A stretch of DNA of 64,000 bases from Octopus vulgaris. Taxonomy: Eukaryota. Under the pieces are notes generated by a model. It made no database searches, was not told the DNA's origin, and was given only the letters and a program-made list of their open reading frames with translations. The DNA lies in assembly GCA_951406725.2 (NCBI GenBank), contig OX597834.1, positions 6,510,001 to 6,574,000 on the forward strand. Direction: 5' to 3'. Made by a program: the position numbers and the translations under genes. Positions 11,671 through 25,460 of the stretch are shown here, piece after piece (the stretch's first letter is position 1; each line of letters opens with the position of its first letter).

Positions 11671-12306
11671 GTTTTTAAGCATCCGCATTTCCATGCTTGC
11701 AAGGGTCAGATGGAATTTATTGAGGTATTTCTTTCTGTGGTTGGATGCTCCCCCCCCCCCCCATGGGCCAGACATGTTTTTGCAGAATAATGGAATCGAA
11801 TGACATTCCTTTGCAACAACCACACAATGTAAAAACATAGAGACATGCACACACACACACACACACACAAGTACACACACACACACACAAGCACACACAC
11901 ACACACACACACAAGCACACACATACACACACATACACATCCAACCACACGTGACTGGCTTTTTTAGTTTCCACCTACCAAATCTACTCACAAGTCTTTC
12001 GTTGGCAAGGAGCTGTAGTAGAAGACACTTGCCCAAGGTGCTCCAGACTGTAATTGAACTTGAAACGATGTGGTTGGGAAAAAAACTTCTCAACTACTCA
12101 CCCATTTATAGAATCGATTCAAGACAGAAGTCATATACCATTTTCTAACAGCATTTTCCTTTAGTAATAATTTCAAATTTTGGTACAAACCTAGCAGTTT
12201 GGGGGGAGGGGTAAGTTAATTACTCGCCTCCAATATTCAACTGGTATTTATTTTATCAACCCCAAAGAGATAAAAGGTGAAGTCAACTATGGCAAAATTT
12301 AAACTC

Positions 12307-12360
<54 letters not shown>

Positions 12361-12366
<6 letters not shown>

Positions 12367-12564
12367 GAAAAGAGTGAAAAAACTACAGAAGGCTTGTTTT
12401 ATAAGGTTAAAGAATATATTTAAGTCGTTATGTTAGAAAAATGTTATAAAATTTTATGTTACTATGCACAAAATTTTCTAACATTTTTCTAACATAACGA
12501 CTTAAATAAATTCTTTAACCTTATAAAACAAGCCTTCGGTAGTTTTTTCACTCTTTTCTATTTT
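12361..12564. repeat. About 204-bp near-perfect hairpin next to (TA)n
   Basis: Arms 12361-12458 and 12467-12564, 8-nt loop, about 4 mismatches. Confidence 0.9.
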
Positions 12565-12949
12565 GTATACATCCAACCACATGCTTTCACACACCAACTT
12601 TCTCACACACACATATATATATACATATATATATACATACATACATATGACAAGCTTCTTTCAGTTTCCATCTACCAGATCCACTCACAAGGCCTTGGTT
12701 GGCCCAAGGCTATAGTAGAAGACACTTGCCCAAGGTGCCACGCAGTGGGACTGAACGCGGAACCATGTGGTTGGTAAGCAAGCTACTTTCCACACAGCCT
12801 CTCCTGCGCCCTATGGATAACTAAGTTTAATTATAGCACAGTTTTACAACAAATTTCACTCCGTACCCATGGAATGAGTTTAGAGAAGGCTGTTTGATAT
12901 TCCTGAGTTCCAATCCCAGTCCAAGTGTGATCTACTTATACACAGCAAT

Positions 12950-13365
12950 AGGCGCAGGAGTGGCTGTGTGGTAAGTAGCTTGCTAACCAACCACATGGTT
13001 CCGGGTTCAGTCCCACTGCATGGCATCTTGGGCAAGTGTCTTCTGCTATAGCCCCGGGCCGACCAATGCCTTGTGAGTGGATTTGGTAGACGGAAACTGA
13101 AAGAAGCCTGTCGTATATATGTATATATATATATGTGTGTGTGTCTGTGTTTCTGTGTTTGTCCCTCTAGCATTGCTTGACAACCGATGCTGGTGTGTTT
13201 ATGTCCCCGTCACTTAGCGGTTCGGCAAAAGAGAATGATAGAATAAGTACTGGGCTTACAAAGAATAAATCCTGGGGTCGATTTGCTTGACTATAGGCGG
13301 TGCTCCAGCATGGCCGCAGTCAAATGACTGAAACAAGTAAAAGAGTAAAAGAGAAAGAGAGAGAG
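12950..13365 (+). mobile_element. SINE A, full length (head-to-head with a partial minus copy at 12645-12810)
   Basis: Starts ggcgcaggagtggctgtgtgg and ends in the gtaaaaga tail. Confidence 0.92.
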
Positions 13366-13950
13366 TAAGCATTCCACTGTTGATGAACAAAGATTAGATA
13401 TTTTGAAATGAAGTGTTTTAAAGGGAAGGAAAAAATATGTTTCCATCAGTACTAATAATAACTTGTGTAAAATTTAGGCACAAAAAAAAAAATTGCAATA
13501 GAAATACAAGAAGCAACGAAGAAAAGTAGTGCAGTGCAGGGGTTTGGTGTAACGTGGAGTTGGGTTGGATTGTTAAATAAAGAAATGAGCTGGTTAAACT
13601 GATGGAATTTGGCTTAATTCAGATATAACGTTTAATGTTGGCAAAGCTAGCTGAGTTACGTGATCTGTATAAATTTCAATTTCAATACCAGCAAAACGTC
13701 TCCTGATGCTTTAAGTCAGAGATAGAAATGCAAAACAAATATGAAAAATTTGAGAAAATATAGCATCTCTTCTTGATCTGTGACTCTCCTTCTGTGACAA
13801 ATACATTGCAGTAGCTGTTTACACAGAGGCATCGGCAATTCTCTTCACAGAATTCAGACAGAAAAAAGCCAAAATTTTTAACAGTGAAATGAAAATAAAG
13901 AAAACTTGTTAAAAGAAAATAAAATCTGTTATATATCAAATCAATGCGCT

Positions 13951-13990
<40 letters not shown>

Positions 13991-14007
13991 GATTAGTGGG
14001 TGCAGCA

Positions 14008-14082
<75 letters not shown>

Positions 14083-14093
14083 GTTTATATATA

Positions 14094-14127
<34 letters not shown>

Positions 14128-14309
14128 GATAGATAGATAGATAGATATAGATAGATATACATAATACAAACGTGCACACTCGTACATCAACACATACACA
14201 CACATACATATACATGAATGATGATGATGATGATGATGATGATGATATATATATATATATACAGATAGATAGATATACATAATACACACACACATACACA
14301 CACATATAC

Positions 14310-14354
<45 letters not shown>

Positions 14355-14499
14355 CACACACATATACATATATGTATGTGTGTATATATTATTGCTTGCT
14401 TGGTATAGTATACAGAGCACGATATATTGCCAACGTTTAGATTTCCATGTGTTTATCGTTCTAAAGATGCTTCTGTGAAAAGAAATTGAAATATTTTAG

Positions 14500-15720
14500 C
14501 AAATTTCTTGTTGTTGTTGTCCATCAAGTTCAGAACACAAGATATGTTGAGATATTTATTCGATACATCCTTACATGTATTTCATGAATATAAAATCCAT
14601 TAAGTAAGGGTTTTCTAAGAACATGATTACATCATCAAATCATCAGAGTTTGTAAAACAAATGGAATATTAGTCTTAAGAAAATATTAGTCTTAAGAAAA
14701 TTCATATTAGATAATTATGCTGTTTCTGTAAAATTTAGATTTTGTTGTAAATATAACCTGAAGATTTATTTAAATAGGCTTATTGCTAGTATAAGAGACT
14801 ATTTAATACTATAATAAGTATATTTTTACACACAAAAAATTAATATTGTTAGTATTTTTGGAAGAATGCATCTGGTTTTTAAAATTAAAAGAGGTAGCAA
14901 TTATGGTAGAATGACGTATCATAAAAAATGCTCTAGCTGATAGAAAACAGATGTGTGACTTACTATATACACTAGAAGACCTCAAAATATTAAAAAGAAA
15001 TAGAAAGAATGATATTCTAGTTCTGTGCAGCCATAAAAGTTTAAGAGTTAAGTACTAACAGCAAAAAAATTCTAGTTACATATAGTATAAAATAAACTCA
15101 TAATAAAAACATTAAGTATTTTTGAACAAAGTTTTAAATAGTCAAACAAGCACTTTTAATGCCTTTGAGAATGCTATTTTCATATATCAACAATTTCCCA
15201 ATATCCACAGAAGGCACCATGTTGGAATTTCCGTTTCTTATATCTGTGTACTGCTATGGCTGTGTTAAATATGTGAGGCCGCTGGAGTGTATTAGCTTAA
15301 TTTAAGAAGTATATATGTCTATCTATGTTTGTGGATGTGTGTGTGTTTGTATGTATGTCTGTATGTGGATGTATACACATGCATATATGTTTCTATACAT
15401 TAGCTATGTTTAAGTAGATATATGTTTCTATATATATATGTGTGTGTGTGTATGAATATGTACTTGTATGTATGAATGAACAGTTAAATCAAAAGATATT
15501 AAAGCGAAGACCCTGAAGAAAGTGGACTGGTGTTATAGGAGGGTTGCAATTGCAACGATTACTAATCAATGCAATAGAAACACGTGTAGGTCTATTTGAA
15601 GCTCTCTCTCTCTATATATATATATAAAATATTTTAAAATCTGTTGTCTATTGACTATTTATACATGCTAGGCCACTGGTGGTGATATTTATTATGAATA
15701 TTTGCTACCCTATAGATGTA
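14500..15720 (+). mobile_element. Decayed Penelope-like retroelement (RT and GIY-YIG remnants, pLTR)
   Basis: Peptide remnants DYIIKSSEFVKQM (about 14625) and NAFENAIFIYQQFPNIHRRHHVGIS (about 15158-15232, like the GIY-YIG C-terminal LE..I....P.LN..G), with a hammerhead downstream. Confidence 0.5.
15508..15593 (+). ncRNA. Type I hammerhead ribozyme motif, long stem II
   Basis: agacc-CTGAAGA-(57 nt)-GAAA-c(acgt)g-TA-ggtct: perfect 5-bp stem I, palindromic stem III, GUA triplet; stem II is decayed. Confidence 0.75.
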
Positions 15721-15723
15721 TCT

Positions 15724-15781
<58 letters not shown>

Positions 15782-15897
15782 TATAATTAAGGGTTAAGCA
15801 ACAATTTAGAAAATAGAACAATTTAGAAAATTTAGAAATAGCAGCCAAAGACAGCTTATTCCTCTTAACTACATATATTACTCCACATGTATGTATA

Positions 15898-15954
<57 letters not shown>

Positions 15955-16419
15955 ATTTATGTATATATATATATATATGTATATGTATGTATGTATATAT
16001 ATATATATGTGTGTATGTATGTATGTATGTATATATATATGCATATGTATGTATATATATGTATATATATGTATGTATGTATATATATGTATATATATGT
16101 ATGTATATATATATGTATATATATATATGTGTGTGTGTGTAAATATATAAAGGAATTAAAGTTAATTCTATGCTACTTTGTAATAATCCTTATCATCATC
16201 AACATCATCATCATCATCATCATCAACATCATCATCATCATCATCATTATATATATATTCGTAAGAAGAACTATGTATGCATATGTATGTGCATATATAT
16301 GTATATCAATCTATTTGTACTGGTGTGAGTGTGTAAATTTTAATTAAATACTAAAATATGAAATCTTTGGTTTCGTTACTATATTTTCCTTGTCATTTAA
16401 CCTTGATACCGGATATCGT

Positions 16420-16740
16420 GAACCTTTCTTGGAATTGTTTGGCAGACACCATGGAGCTTTAATTCACCAACAGACTATGATAGGATAGGATTAACCCTAG
16501 AAGCAGGAACCCTATTTATTTAAATTGATGACCTTAATCAAGACAAAATCCAAATTCCGCAGAAGCAGTGTCATTAACTGCCAACTGTGAATTATCTTCA
16601 ACTGCGAATATTTCATTTATTGCACAAACTCTGATGATTTGGTAATGTAAGAGGATTATAAGATAATCCTTACATAATGGATATAGTTATTAACGAAATA
16701 CATATAAGGAAAAACCTGTCCCCTCTCTTTCTTTTTCTCT
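16420..16740 (+). mobile_element. Decayed Penelope-like 3' end with a hammerhead at 16629-16708
   Basis: LTLEAGTLFI*IDDLNQD (GIY-YIG tail-like), then ct-CTGATGA-t-ttggtaa...ttattaa-c-GAAA-t(acat)a-TA-ag with inner hairpin atgtaag/cttacat. Confidence 0.6.
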
Positions 16741-16764
16741 ATATGTATATATGTATCTATTGTC

Positions 16765-16961
16765 TTTTTATGTTTTACTTGCTTCAGATATTAGACTGTG
16801 GCCATACTGGGGCACCACCTTGAAGAATTTTTAACTGAATATAGACCCCAATACATAGATTTTAAAGCCAGGTACTTATTCTATCAGTCTCTTTTGTTGA
16901 ACCACTAAGTTACGGTGGTCAACAGATGCAGGAGGAAGGACAAACACAGACACATACACAC

Positions 16962-17014
<53 letters not shown>

Positions 17015-17175
17015 CTTATATACATTGGGCTTCTTTCAGTTTCTGTCTACCAAATCCACTCACAAGGCTTTGGTCGGCCCATGGCTATAGTAGAAGACCC
17101 TTACCCAAGGTGTCATGCAGTGGGACTGAACCCCGAAGCATGTGGCTGGTAAGCAAGCTTCTTACCACACAGCCA
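16765..17175 (-). mobile_element. SINE A, older diverged copy
   Basis: Family homology. Confidence 0.8.
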
Positions 17176-17468
17176 TGCAAGCATATATAAGTATTTTAGA
17201 TTATATAAATGTGTAAGGCAGTGAGCTTGCAGAACTGTTGCAGCTTGCAGAACTGTTGCAGCATGCAATAAAATGTTCAGCATAATTTCTTTCAACTCTT
17301 GGCATTGTGAGTTCAAGCACTGCCAAGGGCGACTCTGCCTTCCATCCTTTCCATGTTGATAAAATAAGTTGCAACTGAACACCGAGATCTATACAACTGA
17401 CCTGACCCTCTCCTCATGAGTGCTGGTCTTAAGGAGAGTATAGGTGTAATCTATTATATGAGTTTATA

Positions 17469-17963
17469 TACTCTTTACTCTTTTACTTGTTTCGGTCATT
17501 TGACTGCGGCCATGCTGGATCACTGCCTTTAGTCGAGCAAATCGACCCCGGGACTTATTCTTTGTAAGCCCAGTACTTATTCTATTGGTCTCTTTTGCCG
17601 AACCACTAAGTGACGGAGACGTAAACACACCAGCATCGGTTGTCAAGCAATGCTAGGGGGACAAACACAGACACACAAACTTATATATATATATATATAC
17701 ATATATACGACAGGCTTCTTTCAGTTTCTGCCTACCGAATCCACTCACAAGGCATTGGTCGGCCCGAGGCTATAGCAGAAGACACTTGCCCAAGATGCCA
17801 CGCAGTGGAACTGAACCCAGAACCATGTGGTTGGTTAGCAAGCTACTTACCACACAGCCACTCCTGCACCTATAGCCACTCCTGCACCTATAGCCACTCC
17901 TGCGCCTATAGCCACTCCTGCACCTATAGCCACTCATGCGCCTATAGCCACTCCTGCGCCTAT
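17469..17963 (-). mobile_element. SINE A whose 5' terminus is reiterated as six 18-bp units
   Basis: (tatagccactcctgcRcc)n at 17853-17963. Confidence 0.9.
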
Positions 17964-18969
17964 GTGAGTGTAATTTATATACAACCATTTATCTCTGGAT
18001 ATTTGCCTCAGTACATGACTAAAATTCTTGTTACTGTATTGAATGTCAAGCTGTATTCAATAATAGCACTTGATTAGTATATTATGGGTGTCTAATATAA
18101 TTCCTACACTAACGAAGAACGATTAATAAATGTTTCGGTCATGCATTTGGCCATCTTCACAGCAGAGGTAAAGTAATTGACGGTGCATTAAAGTGTGAAA
18201 TGGACACAATTGCTTATGACTGTACACTTGTATTACTTCTATAACTTGAGCTGCGGGGTGTAAACAAGTGGAGAGTTAGATTAAGAGATGGCAATTGTGA
18301 TTGGTTGTCGGTTATCGATGGGAGGTTATTTTCATATTGTAATTGTAGCTATAGGTGTCGTTATGTTGAAAAGAGTGAAAAAAAAGAGAAGGAAAATGCA
18401 AGTATCTATTTGTTTGCATTTTTTTTTTTTGTTTCATCTGGTTATTTCTGTAGCTTGTTAAAATTGATTTCTTGTTAATTGACAGTTTCAATGGACTTTT
18501 ACTACGTTTTTTTTATATTTTTTATTCAAACATGTTTAATAGACATGTTTGGATGTTGATACTGTTTTATCCACACTAATTAATTTTAAATTTAGTTATT
18601 TCAGTAGTTTGTAACAATTTGATCTCTATCAATAGGAAGTTTTATTTCTGGTTTTGTCATGTTTGTTTAACTGGATTCATGGTTTAATACTGGTGTCTTA
18701 TCTGAGCTAATTACTCGTTTATTAAAGCTTGTGTGATTTTAATGATTGTGTTGATGTCTTTAACCTGTTTGTATCTCGCTCACACTTTTGTAACAGTAAC
18801 AAATTTATTTCCTATATATCCACCTCTCGCATGTGTGTATTTAGACACTTTTTTTTCATATAATATAATTGTCTGTCATTGTTGCTGTCGCTTTGTGTAT
18901 TATCTGTTTGAGGAGGAATAAATTAGAAAGTCTGGGTGGATCTGCAACTACAAGTTGGCTGATGAGTTC

Positions 18970-19774
18970 GAGGCTGGATGGATGTGGATTACCTTCTTGT
19001 ATATTTTTGAGATGGAGGTCTTGTGATATTGATAAGATACTGTCAAGGCAGTAAAAGCTGGTTTTGACATTGTACCAATTGAAAAGCGTGTGTACTGTAT
19101 AAAACTGACTAGAAAATATTAATCTAATCAGAGGCTGGATGGATGTGGATTACCTTCTTGTATATTTTTGAGATGGAGGTGTTGTGACATCGATAAGATA
19201 CTGTCAAGGCAGTAAAAGCTGGTTTTGACATTGTACCAATTGAAAAGCGTGTGTACTGTATAAAACTGACTAGAAAATATTAATCTAATCAGAGGCTGGA
19301 TGGATGTGGATTACCTTCTTGTATATTTTTGAGATGGAGGTGTTGTGATATCGATAAGATACTGTCAAGGCAGTAAAAGCTGGTTTTGACATTGTACCAA
19401 TTGAAAAGCGTGTGTACTGTATAAAACCGACTAGAAAATATTAATCTAATCAGGGGCTGGATGGATGTGGATTACCTTCTTGTATATTTTTGTGATGGAG
19501 GTGTTGTGACATCGATAAGATACTGTCAAGGCAGTAAAAGCTGGTTTTGACATTGTACCAATTGAAAAGCGTGTGTACTGTATAAAACTGACTAGAAAAT
19601 ATTAATCTAATCAGAGGCTGGATGGATGTGGATTACCTTCTTGTATATTTTTGAGATGGAGGTGTTGTGATATCGATAAGATACTGACAAGGCAGTAAAA
19701 GCTGGTTTTGACATTGTACCAATTGAAAAGCATGTGTACTGTATAAAAATGACTAGAAAATATTAATCTAATCA
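18970..19774. repeat. Tandem array, 5 x 161 bp
   Basis: Units start at 18970, 19131, 19292, 19453 and 19614 (gaggctggatggatgtgg...), with only a few substitutions. Confidence 0.97.
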
Positions 19775-20325
19775 AGACAGGGATTTCTGGATTTTTGGAT
19801 TTTACATTAATTTTATATGCTGAATAAGCTACATAATATTTATCTATCAGCAGTGGTGCCCCAGCATGGCTGCGGCCTTCGGGCTAAAACATTTTTAAGG
19901 ATCTAAGGATTTATCTTTAAAGCAGTGTCCCAGCATAACTGCAGTCTAATGAATGAAGTAGAAGATAAAAGAAATATATTTGCTATCTATATTTGTGAGT
20001 TTTCTCCATGCCAACTGCTTTTTCCCTCTTGAGATAGTGTCTTCGTCATGCTGCATTATAAAGGAGGACGAAGTCAAAAATAACGTTTTACAAAGGTAAG
20101 TAGAATATTCGATTCCTTATTTTGTTTACCAAATATTTATAATGGCTGGAGTGCTTTGAATTTTATGTAATATGCTTTTGTTTTCTCTGGAAATAATGAT
20201 TCTCACTGGACATTATAACGATGATTTGGTTATTCCTTAGACAGTGCTGATGGCAATTTCAAAGTTATGCAACATAACTTTAAGTTATGCAGCATATAAA
20301 ATGAATTGTTGTGGTACACCTGAGC

Positions 20326-20745
20326 ACTCTCTTACTCTCTTTTACTCTTTTACTTGTTTCAGTCATTTGACTGCGGCCATGCTGGAGCACCGCCTTTAGT
20401 CGAGCAAATCGACCCCGGGACTTTTTCTTTGTAAGCCCAGTACTTATTCTATCGGTCTCTTTTGCTGAACCGCTAAGTGACGGGGATGTAAACACACCAG
20501 CATCGGTTGTCAAGCAATGCTAGGGGGACAAACACAGACACACAAACACATACACACACATGCATATATATATACATACATATATATGACGGGCTTCTTT
20601 CAGTTTCTGTCTACCAGATCCACTCACAAGGCATTGGTCGGCCCGGGGCTATAGCAGAAGACACTTGCCCAAGATGCCACGCAGTGGGACTGAACCCGGA
20701 ACCATGTGGCTGGTTAGCAAGCTACTTACCACACAGCCACTCCTG
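20326..20745 (-). mobile_element. SINE A, full length
   Basis: Family homology. Confidence 0.92.
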
Positions 20746-20754
20746 TATACAATA

Positions 20755-20788
<34 letters not shown>

Positions 20789-21115
20789 AATAAGCTTAGA
20801 TTTTTTTAAAATTATATATCCATGATATAACTTTTCTTGTCCTGTAAAACAATTACACCATGTTTAATGTATAATTGTATATATTTATTAATGATATGTA
20901 AAACAAAAAGGCTGTAAGGTTCAGAGAGCTCGTGTCTCCAATGAGACATCAATCATGGAGTTATCACTATTTTTTTCACCCATTAGGAAGCATCACCTTA
21001 AATAATAAATAAGAATCAACTTCCTGAAACTCACAAAAATGTTGATATTTGTATCCCGGGTGGGAATATATTCTTCCTCAAATGTTCTTGGTTTTTCTAA
21101 AAATTGTGATTTATA

Positions 21116-21755
21116 TAAGGTGGTATCAAAAGGTTCCAGGACTAGTTATGTTTAATAAAAAATAAATTATTTACTTAAGTTTTAACATCATCTTTGAAAT
21201 AGTCACCTTGTGCAGCATTATACTGGTTCCAGCATTCCTGCTACTTTTGGAATTCAGGCTGGATGTTGTTTTCTAAAAGCGAGTCAAAGACCTTCAGTGA
21301 TTTTCTTTGAATCTCGACAATGGTATTAAAACAGTGAATCTTTGAGCTGCATTTTCCTTTTGGAGAAGAGATGGAAGACCGTAGGTGCTAAGTTTGGTGA
21401 ATGGGGTGGATACAGAAGCAATACTATGTTGTTTTCAGTGAGGAACTTACGAGTGAGGAGAGCTCAGAGACAGGATGAATTGTCATAAAGAATCCAGTTC
21501 TTTGCACTCTACAGATCCTCTCTCTTTTACTCTTTACTCTTTTATTTGTTTCAGTCATTTGACTGTGGCCATGCTGGAGCATCGCCTTTAGTCGAGCAAA
21601 TCGACCGCAGGACTTATTCTTTGGAAGCCTAGTACTTATTCTATCGATCTCTTTTGCCGAACCGCTAAGTGACGGGGACGTAAACACACCAGCATCGGTT
21701 GTCACGCAATGTTGGGGGGACAAACACAGACACACACACACATATACACACACGT

Positions 21756-21800
<45 letters not shown>

Positions 21801-22504
21801 TACGACAGGCTTCTTTCAGTTTCCGTCTACTAAATCCACTCACAAGGCTTTGGTCGGCCTGAGGCTATAGTAGAAGACACTTGCCCAAGGTGCCATGCAG
21901 TGGGACTGAATCCGGAACCATGTGGTTCGTAAGCAAGCTACTTACCACACAGCCACTCCTACGCCTAGTCACTCCTATGAACCAGTCACTTTCACTGAAT
22001 GTTTTCCCTCAAATTCTTCAAACTTTCACAATAGAACTCTCGATTGATGGCCTGGCCCCTGGGGGATGAATTATCGATGCACAGTACCACATTTCTGGTG
22101 GTAATGCTTGTGACAGGTCTTTCAGATACCTCATCATCTTCCAGGGACGTTTTTCCATTTTTGAAGTGCTTGTGCCATTTGAAACATTGCGTATGACACA
22201 TTGCCTCAACACCGTAAGCTTGTCAAAGCGTGCTCAATGTCTCTGTAGCCGACTTACCAAGTTTAACGCAAAATTTCACGTTGGTTCTTTGTTCCAACTT
22301 CCTGTCCATGACAAAAATCGCAGACTACAGCATACTCGTGATCGCAAAAACACTAGTTTCACAACTTGTGAAGTAAACACAGTGACATCACTCAACACAC
22401 TGCCTCAGGAATATCACATTTACCTCTCACAGTGCATGCAATCATGTGCTGCCATCTGTTGGCGTGCTACAGAACTACTCTGGGAACTTTTTGATACCAC
22501 CTCA
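21116..22504 (-). mobile_element. Mariner (Tc1/mariner) transposon, internally deleted, interrupted by SINE A (21517-21966)
   Basis: TIRs taaggtggtatcaaaaggttcc / ggaactttttgataccacctca with TA flanks. Transposase pieces TQCFKWHKHFKNGKTSLEDDEVSERPVTS, PRGQAINREFYCESLKNLRE and QGDYFKD. Confidence 0.9.
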
Positions 22505-23188
22505 TATATATATGCGGTTAATATTCTGTTATGTCGAATTGCATGAATCTTCTTTATATTAAGCTCTGGATTATCGTGGAATACAATTTCTTTCAGCTAA
22601 CCTTACTACATTTTTAATTTCGAGACGAATAGAGTTGAGTAATTTTTTGTGTAATTAAACCCATATAAAGTTTATTCATAGATATTTGATGTGTTGTCAG
22701 AAGTCAACTTTATGAACACTAGGAGAAATATAAAGAGATTACCTGACAAAGCAATCTAAGCTGTCTTCTAGTTTTAGTTATTGTGCATCCTCCTTTATAA
22801 AGTTGTAGGTCTTGAGGCATAATTTCTTGTATGCTTTATTCAATGTTGACTGACAGGAGCTTGTTGCATGTCACCAAGTCTGTATCGCATATATTTTTAA
22901 TAAATGGTGAAAACATGAGTATTAGGTGATTGTTCAAAGTGTTCAATACCAATTCAATTACCAGAAGATAATTGAACAGAAGATTACTTAAAAGGCACAA
23001 ATTTAATTTAAGCTATAGTTTTAATACTAATATGAAAAATTCATACACTATATATATATATATATAATTATACACATAAGGAATCTACACCTAGGGCGAA
23101 GATTCAGCGCATTAGAGAGCCACAAAAATAATGGATAAGATTCGACAGGAACAAAAATTTGAAAATCAAAAATATTTACCATTTATTA

Positions 23189-23267
23189 CCCCGGACCAAT
23201 ATTGGTTTCTGATCTTCTTTTAGCGAGTCATAGGAACTCACAAGGTCTGATCTTCTTCAATGAGGGC
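23189..23267 (-). ncRNA. Decayed hammerhead motif in a TA-flanked element (23070-23420)
   Basis: Minus strand: ccctca-TTGAAGA-a-gatc...gatc-a-GAAA-cc(aatatt)gg-TC-cgggg; C3 mutated to T, palindromic stem III, GUC triplet. Confidence 0.6.
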
Positions 23268-23443
23268 CAACCTGGGGTTAAAACATGTAAGACAGAAGAC
23301 AGGGAACCGCTATCTGCCTGCTGACTACATGAAGTAACTTTTCAAAATTTCTCTGCGCAATCGCAGTCCTATCGACAGCCAAAACAAACCGCCGATTTTA
23401 ACCGAAAGTCATCCAAAAATATACATATATATATATATATATA

Positions 23444-23671
23444 TATTTCTTCACTACCCACAAGGGGCTAAACATAGAGGGGACAAACAAGGACAGACAA
23501 AGGGATTAAGTCGATTACATTGACCCAAGTGCGAGAATGGTACTTTATTTATCGACCCTGAAAGGATGAAAGGCAAAGTCGACCTTGGCGGAATTTGAAC
23601 TCAGAACGTAACGACAGACGAAATACCGCTAAGCATTTCACCCAATGCGCTAACGTTTCTTCCAGCTTGCC
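23444..23671 (-). mobile_element. SINE B monomer
   Basis: Family homology. Confidence 0.88.
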
Positions 23672-23686
23672 TTATATATATATATG

Positions 23687-23743
<57 letters not shown>

Positions 23744-24302
23744 GTATGTATGTATGTATGTAATATATATATATATATATACTCACACACACATACATAC
23801 ATACATAAGGGCATTGGGATTAGGAAGGGCATCCACTCTTAAAGACAATGTTAAATCAGATTGGTGTTTGGTGCAGTCCCTCAGCTTACCAGCCCTGGTC
23901 AAACCATCCAACCCATGCCAACATGGACAATGGTCGTTAAATGATGATGATGGTGATGATGATGATGATGATGATGATATCCATTCTCTCCCCCACCCCA
24001 GAAAAACAGGCCAAATGCTCAAGGAGAAAATTTAAAGATATGCCCATTAAATTAGTACTGCCCTGCTGAAGCCATCATATAAGGAGCAAGGGTGACATCC
24101 CTGAAACTTAAAATCAAAGTGTGTAAGTGAAAATATGCATGCTCTTATAAGTCTTAAGAATGGAAAACTTTTGAAGTTTGGTGATTAGGAAAATTTTGAA
24201 AATTTTAAACATTATTTTGGAATGAGTTGTGAGAGCAGGTTATGCAAAAGGGACGTTTATTTACGAGAATTTGGTGAGTATTGAAAAATAAAAGCTTTGT
24301 AT

Positions 24303-25316
24303 AGGCGCAGGAGTGGCTGTGTGGTAAGTAGCTTGCTAACCAACCACATGGTTCCGGGTTCAGTCCCACTGCGTAGCATCTTGGGCAAGTGTCTTCTGCT
24401 ATAGCCCCAGGCTGACCAATGCCTTGTGAATGGATTTGGTAGACAGAAACTGAAAGAAGCCTGTCGTATATATGTATATATATATATATATAAGTGTGTG
24501 TATATGTTTGTGTGTCTGTGTTTGTCCCTCTAGCATTGCTTGACAACCGATGCTGGTGTGTTTACGTCCCCGTCACTTAGCGTTTCGGCAAAAGAGACTG
24601 ATAGAATAAGCACTGGGCTTACAAAGAATAAGTCCCGGGGTCGATTTGCTCGACTAAAGGCGGTGCTCCAGCATGGCCACAGTCAAATGACTGAAACAAG
24701 TAAAAGAGTAAAGAGTATAAAAACAGTGGAGAGGTGAGTAGAGGAAAGACGGTATCACAAAGTGAAATGTTGAAGAAATTAAAAATAAAGAAAGGTTAAA
24801 TGATGATGGTGGGAAAAATTATTACCAAACATCTAAGACTTAGTAATAAACATATCTTTGGATGAAGAGAATTTTATCAAATTTAGTCCATACAGCATCA
24901 ATCACTTATTCTTTTATTCTTTTACTTGTTTCAGTCATTTGACTGCGGCCATGCTGGAGCACTGCCTTTTAGTCGAGTAAATCGACCCCAGGACTTATTC
25001 TTTGTAAGCCTAGTACTTATTCTATCATTCTCTTTTGCTGAACCGCTAAGTTATGGGTACGTAAACACACCACCGTCGGTTGTCAAGCAACGGTGGGGGG
25101 GGGGGACAAACACAGACACACAAACATATACACACATACATATACATATATATGACAGGTTTCTTCCAGTTTCCGTCTACCGAATCCACTCACAAGGCTT
25201 TGGTCAGCCTGAGGCTATAGTAGAAGACACTTGCTCAAGGTGCCATGCAGTGAGAATGAACCCGGAGCCATGTGGTTGGTAAGCAAGCTACTTACCACAC
25301 AGCCACTCCTGTGCCT
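24303..25316. mobile_element. Tail-to-tail SINE A pair (24303-24716 +, 24905-25316 -)
   Basis: Family homology. Confidence 0.9.
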
Positions 25317-25460
25317 CATGTTGATAACTTTTATATAAAATCTGAATTTTTGACAATTCTCCAGTTTGGTATATATTGTTGTTGTTGTTTCTTTTAGATA
25401 ACAGGTTTACTTTGGGAGCCTTGTTGTATTTCAGTTTCAAAAGTTTTGAATGAGGAATCA

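Noticed and set aside
12950-13025. tRNA genes at SINE heads (families A, D, E)
   Set aside because: A and B boxes are present but there is no proper cloverleaf or terminator, and they continue into SINE bodies.
18970-19774. CRISPR-like or retrozyme array
   Set aside because: No unique spacers, eukaryotic context, and no hammerhead core found in the unit on either strand.
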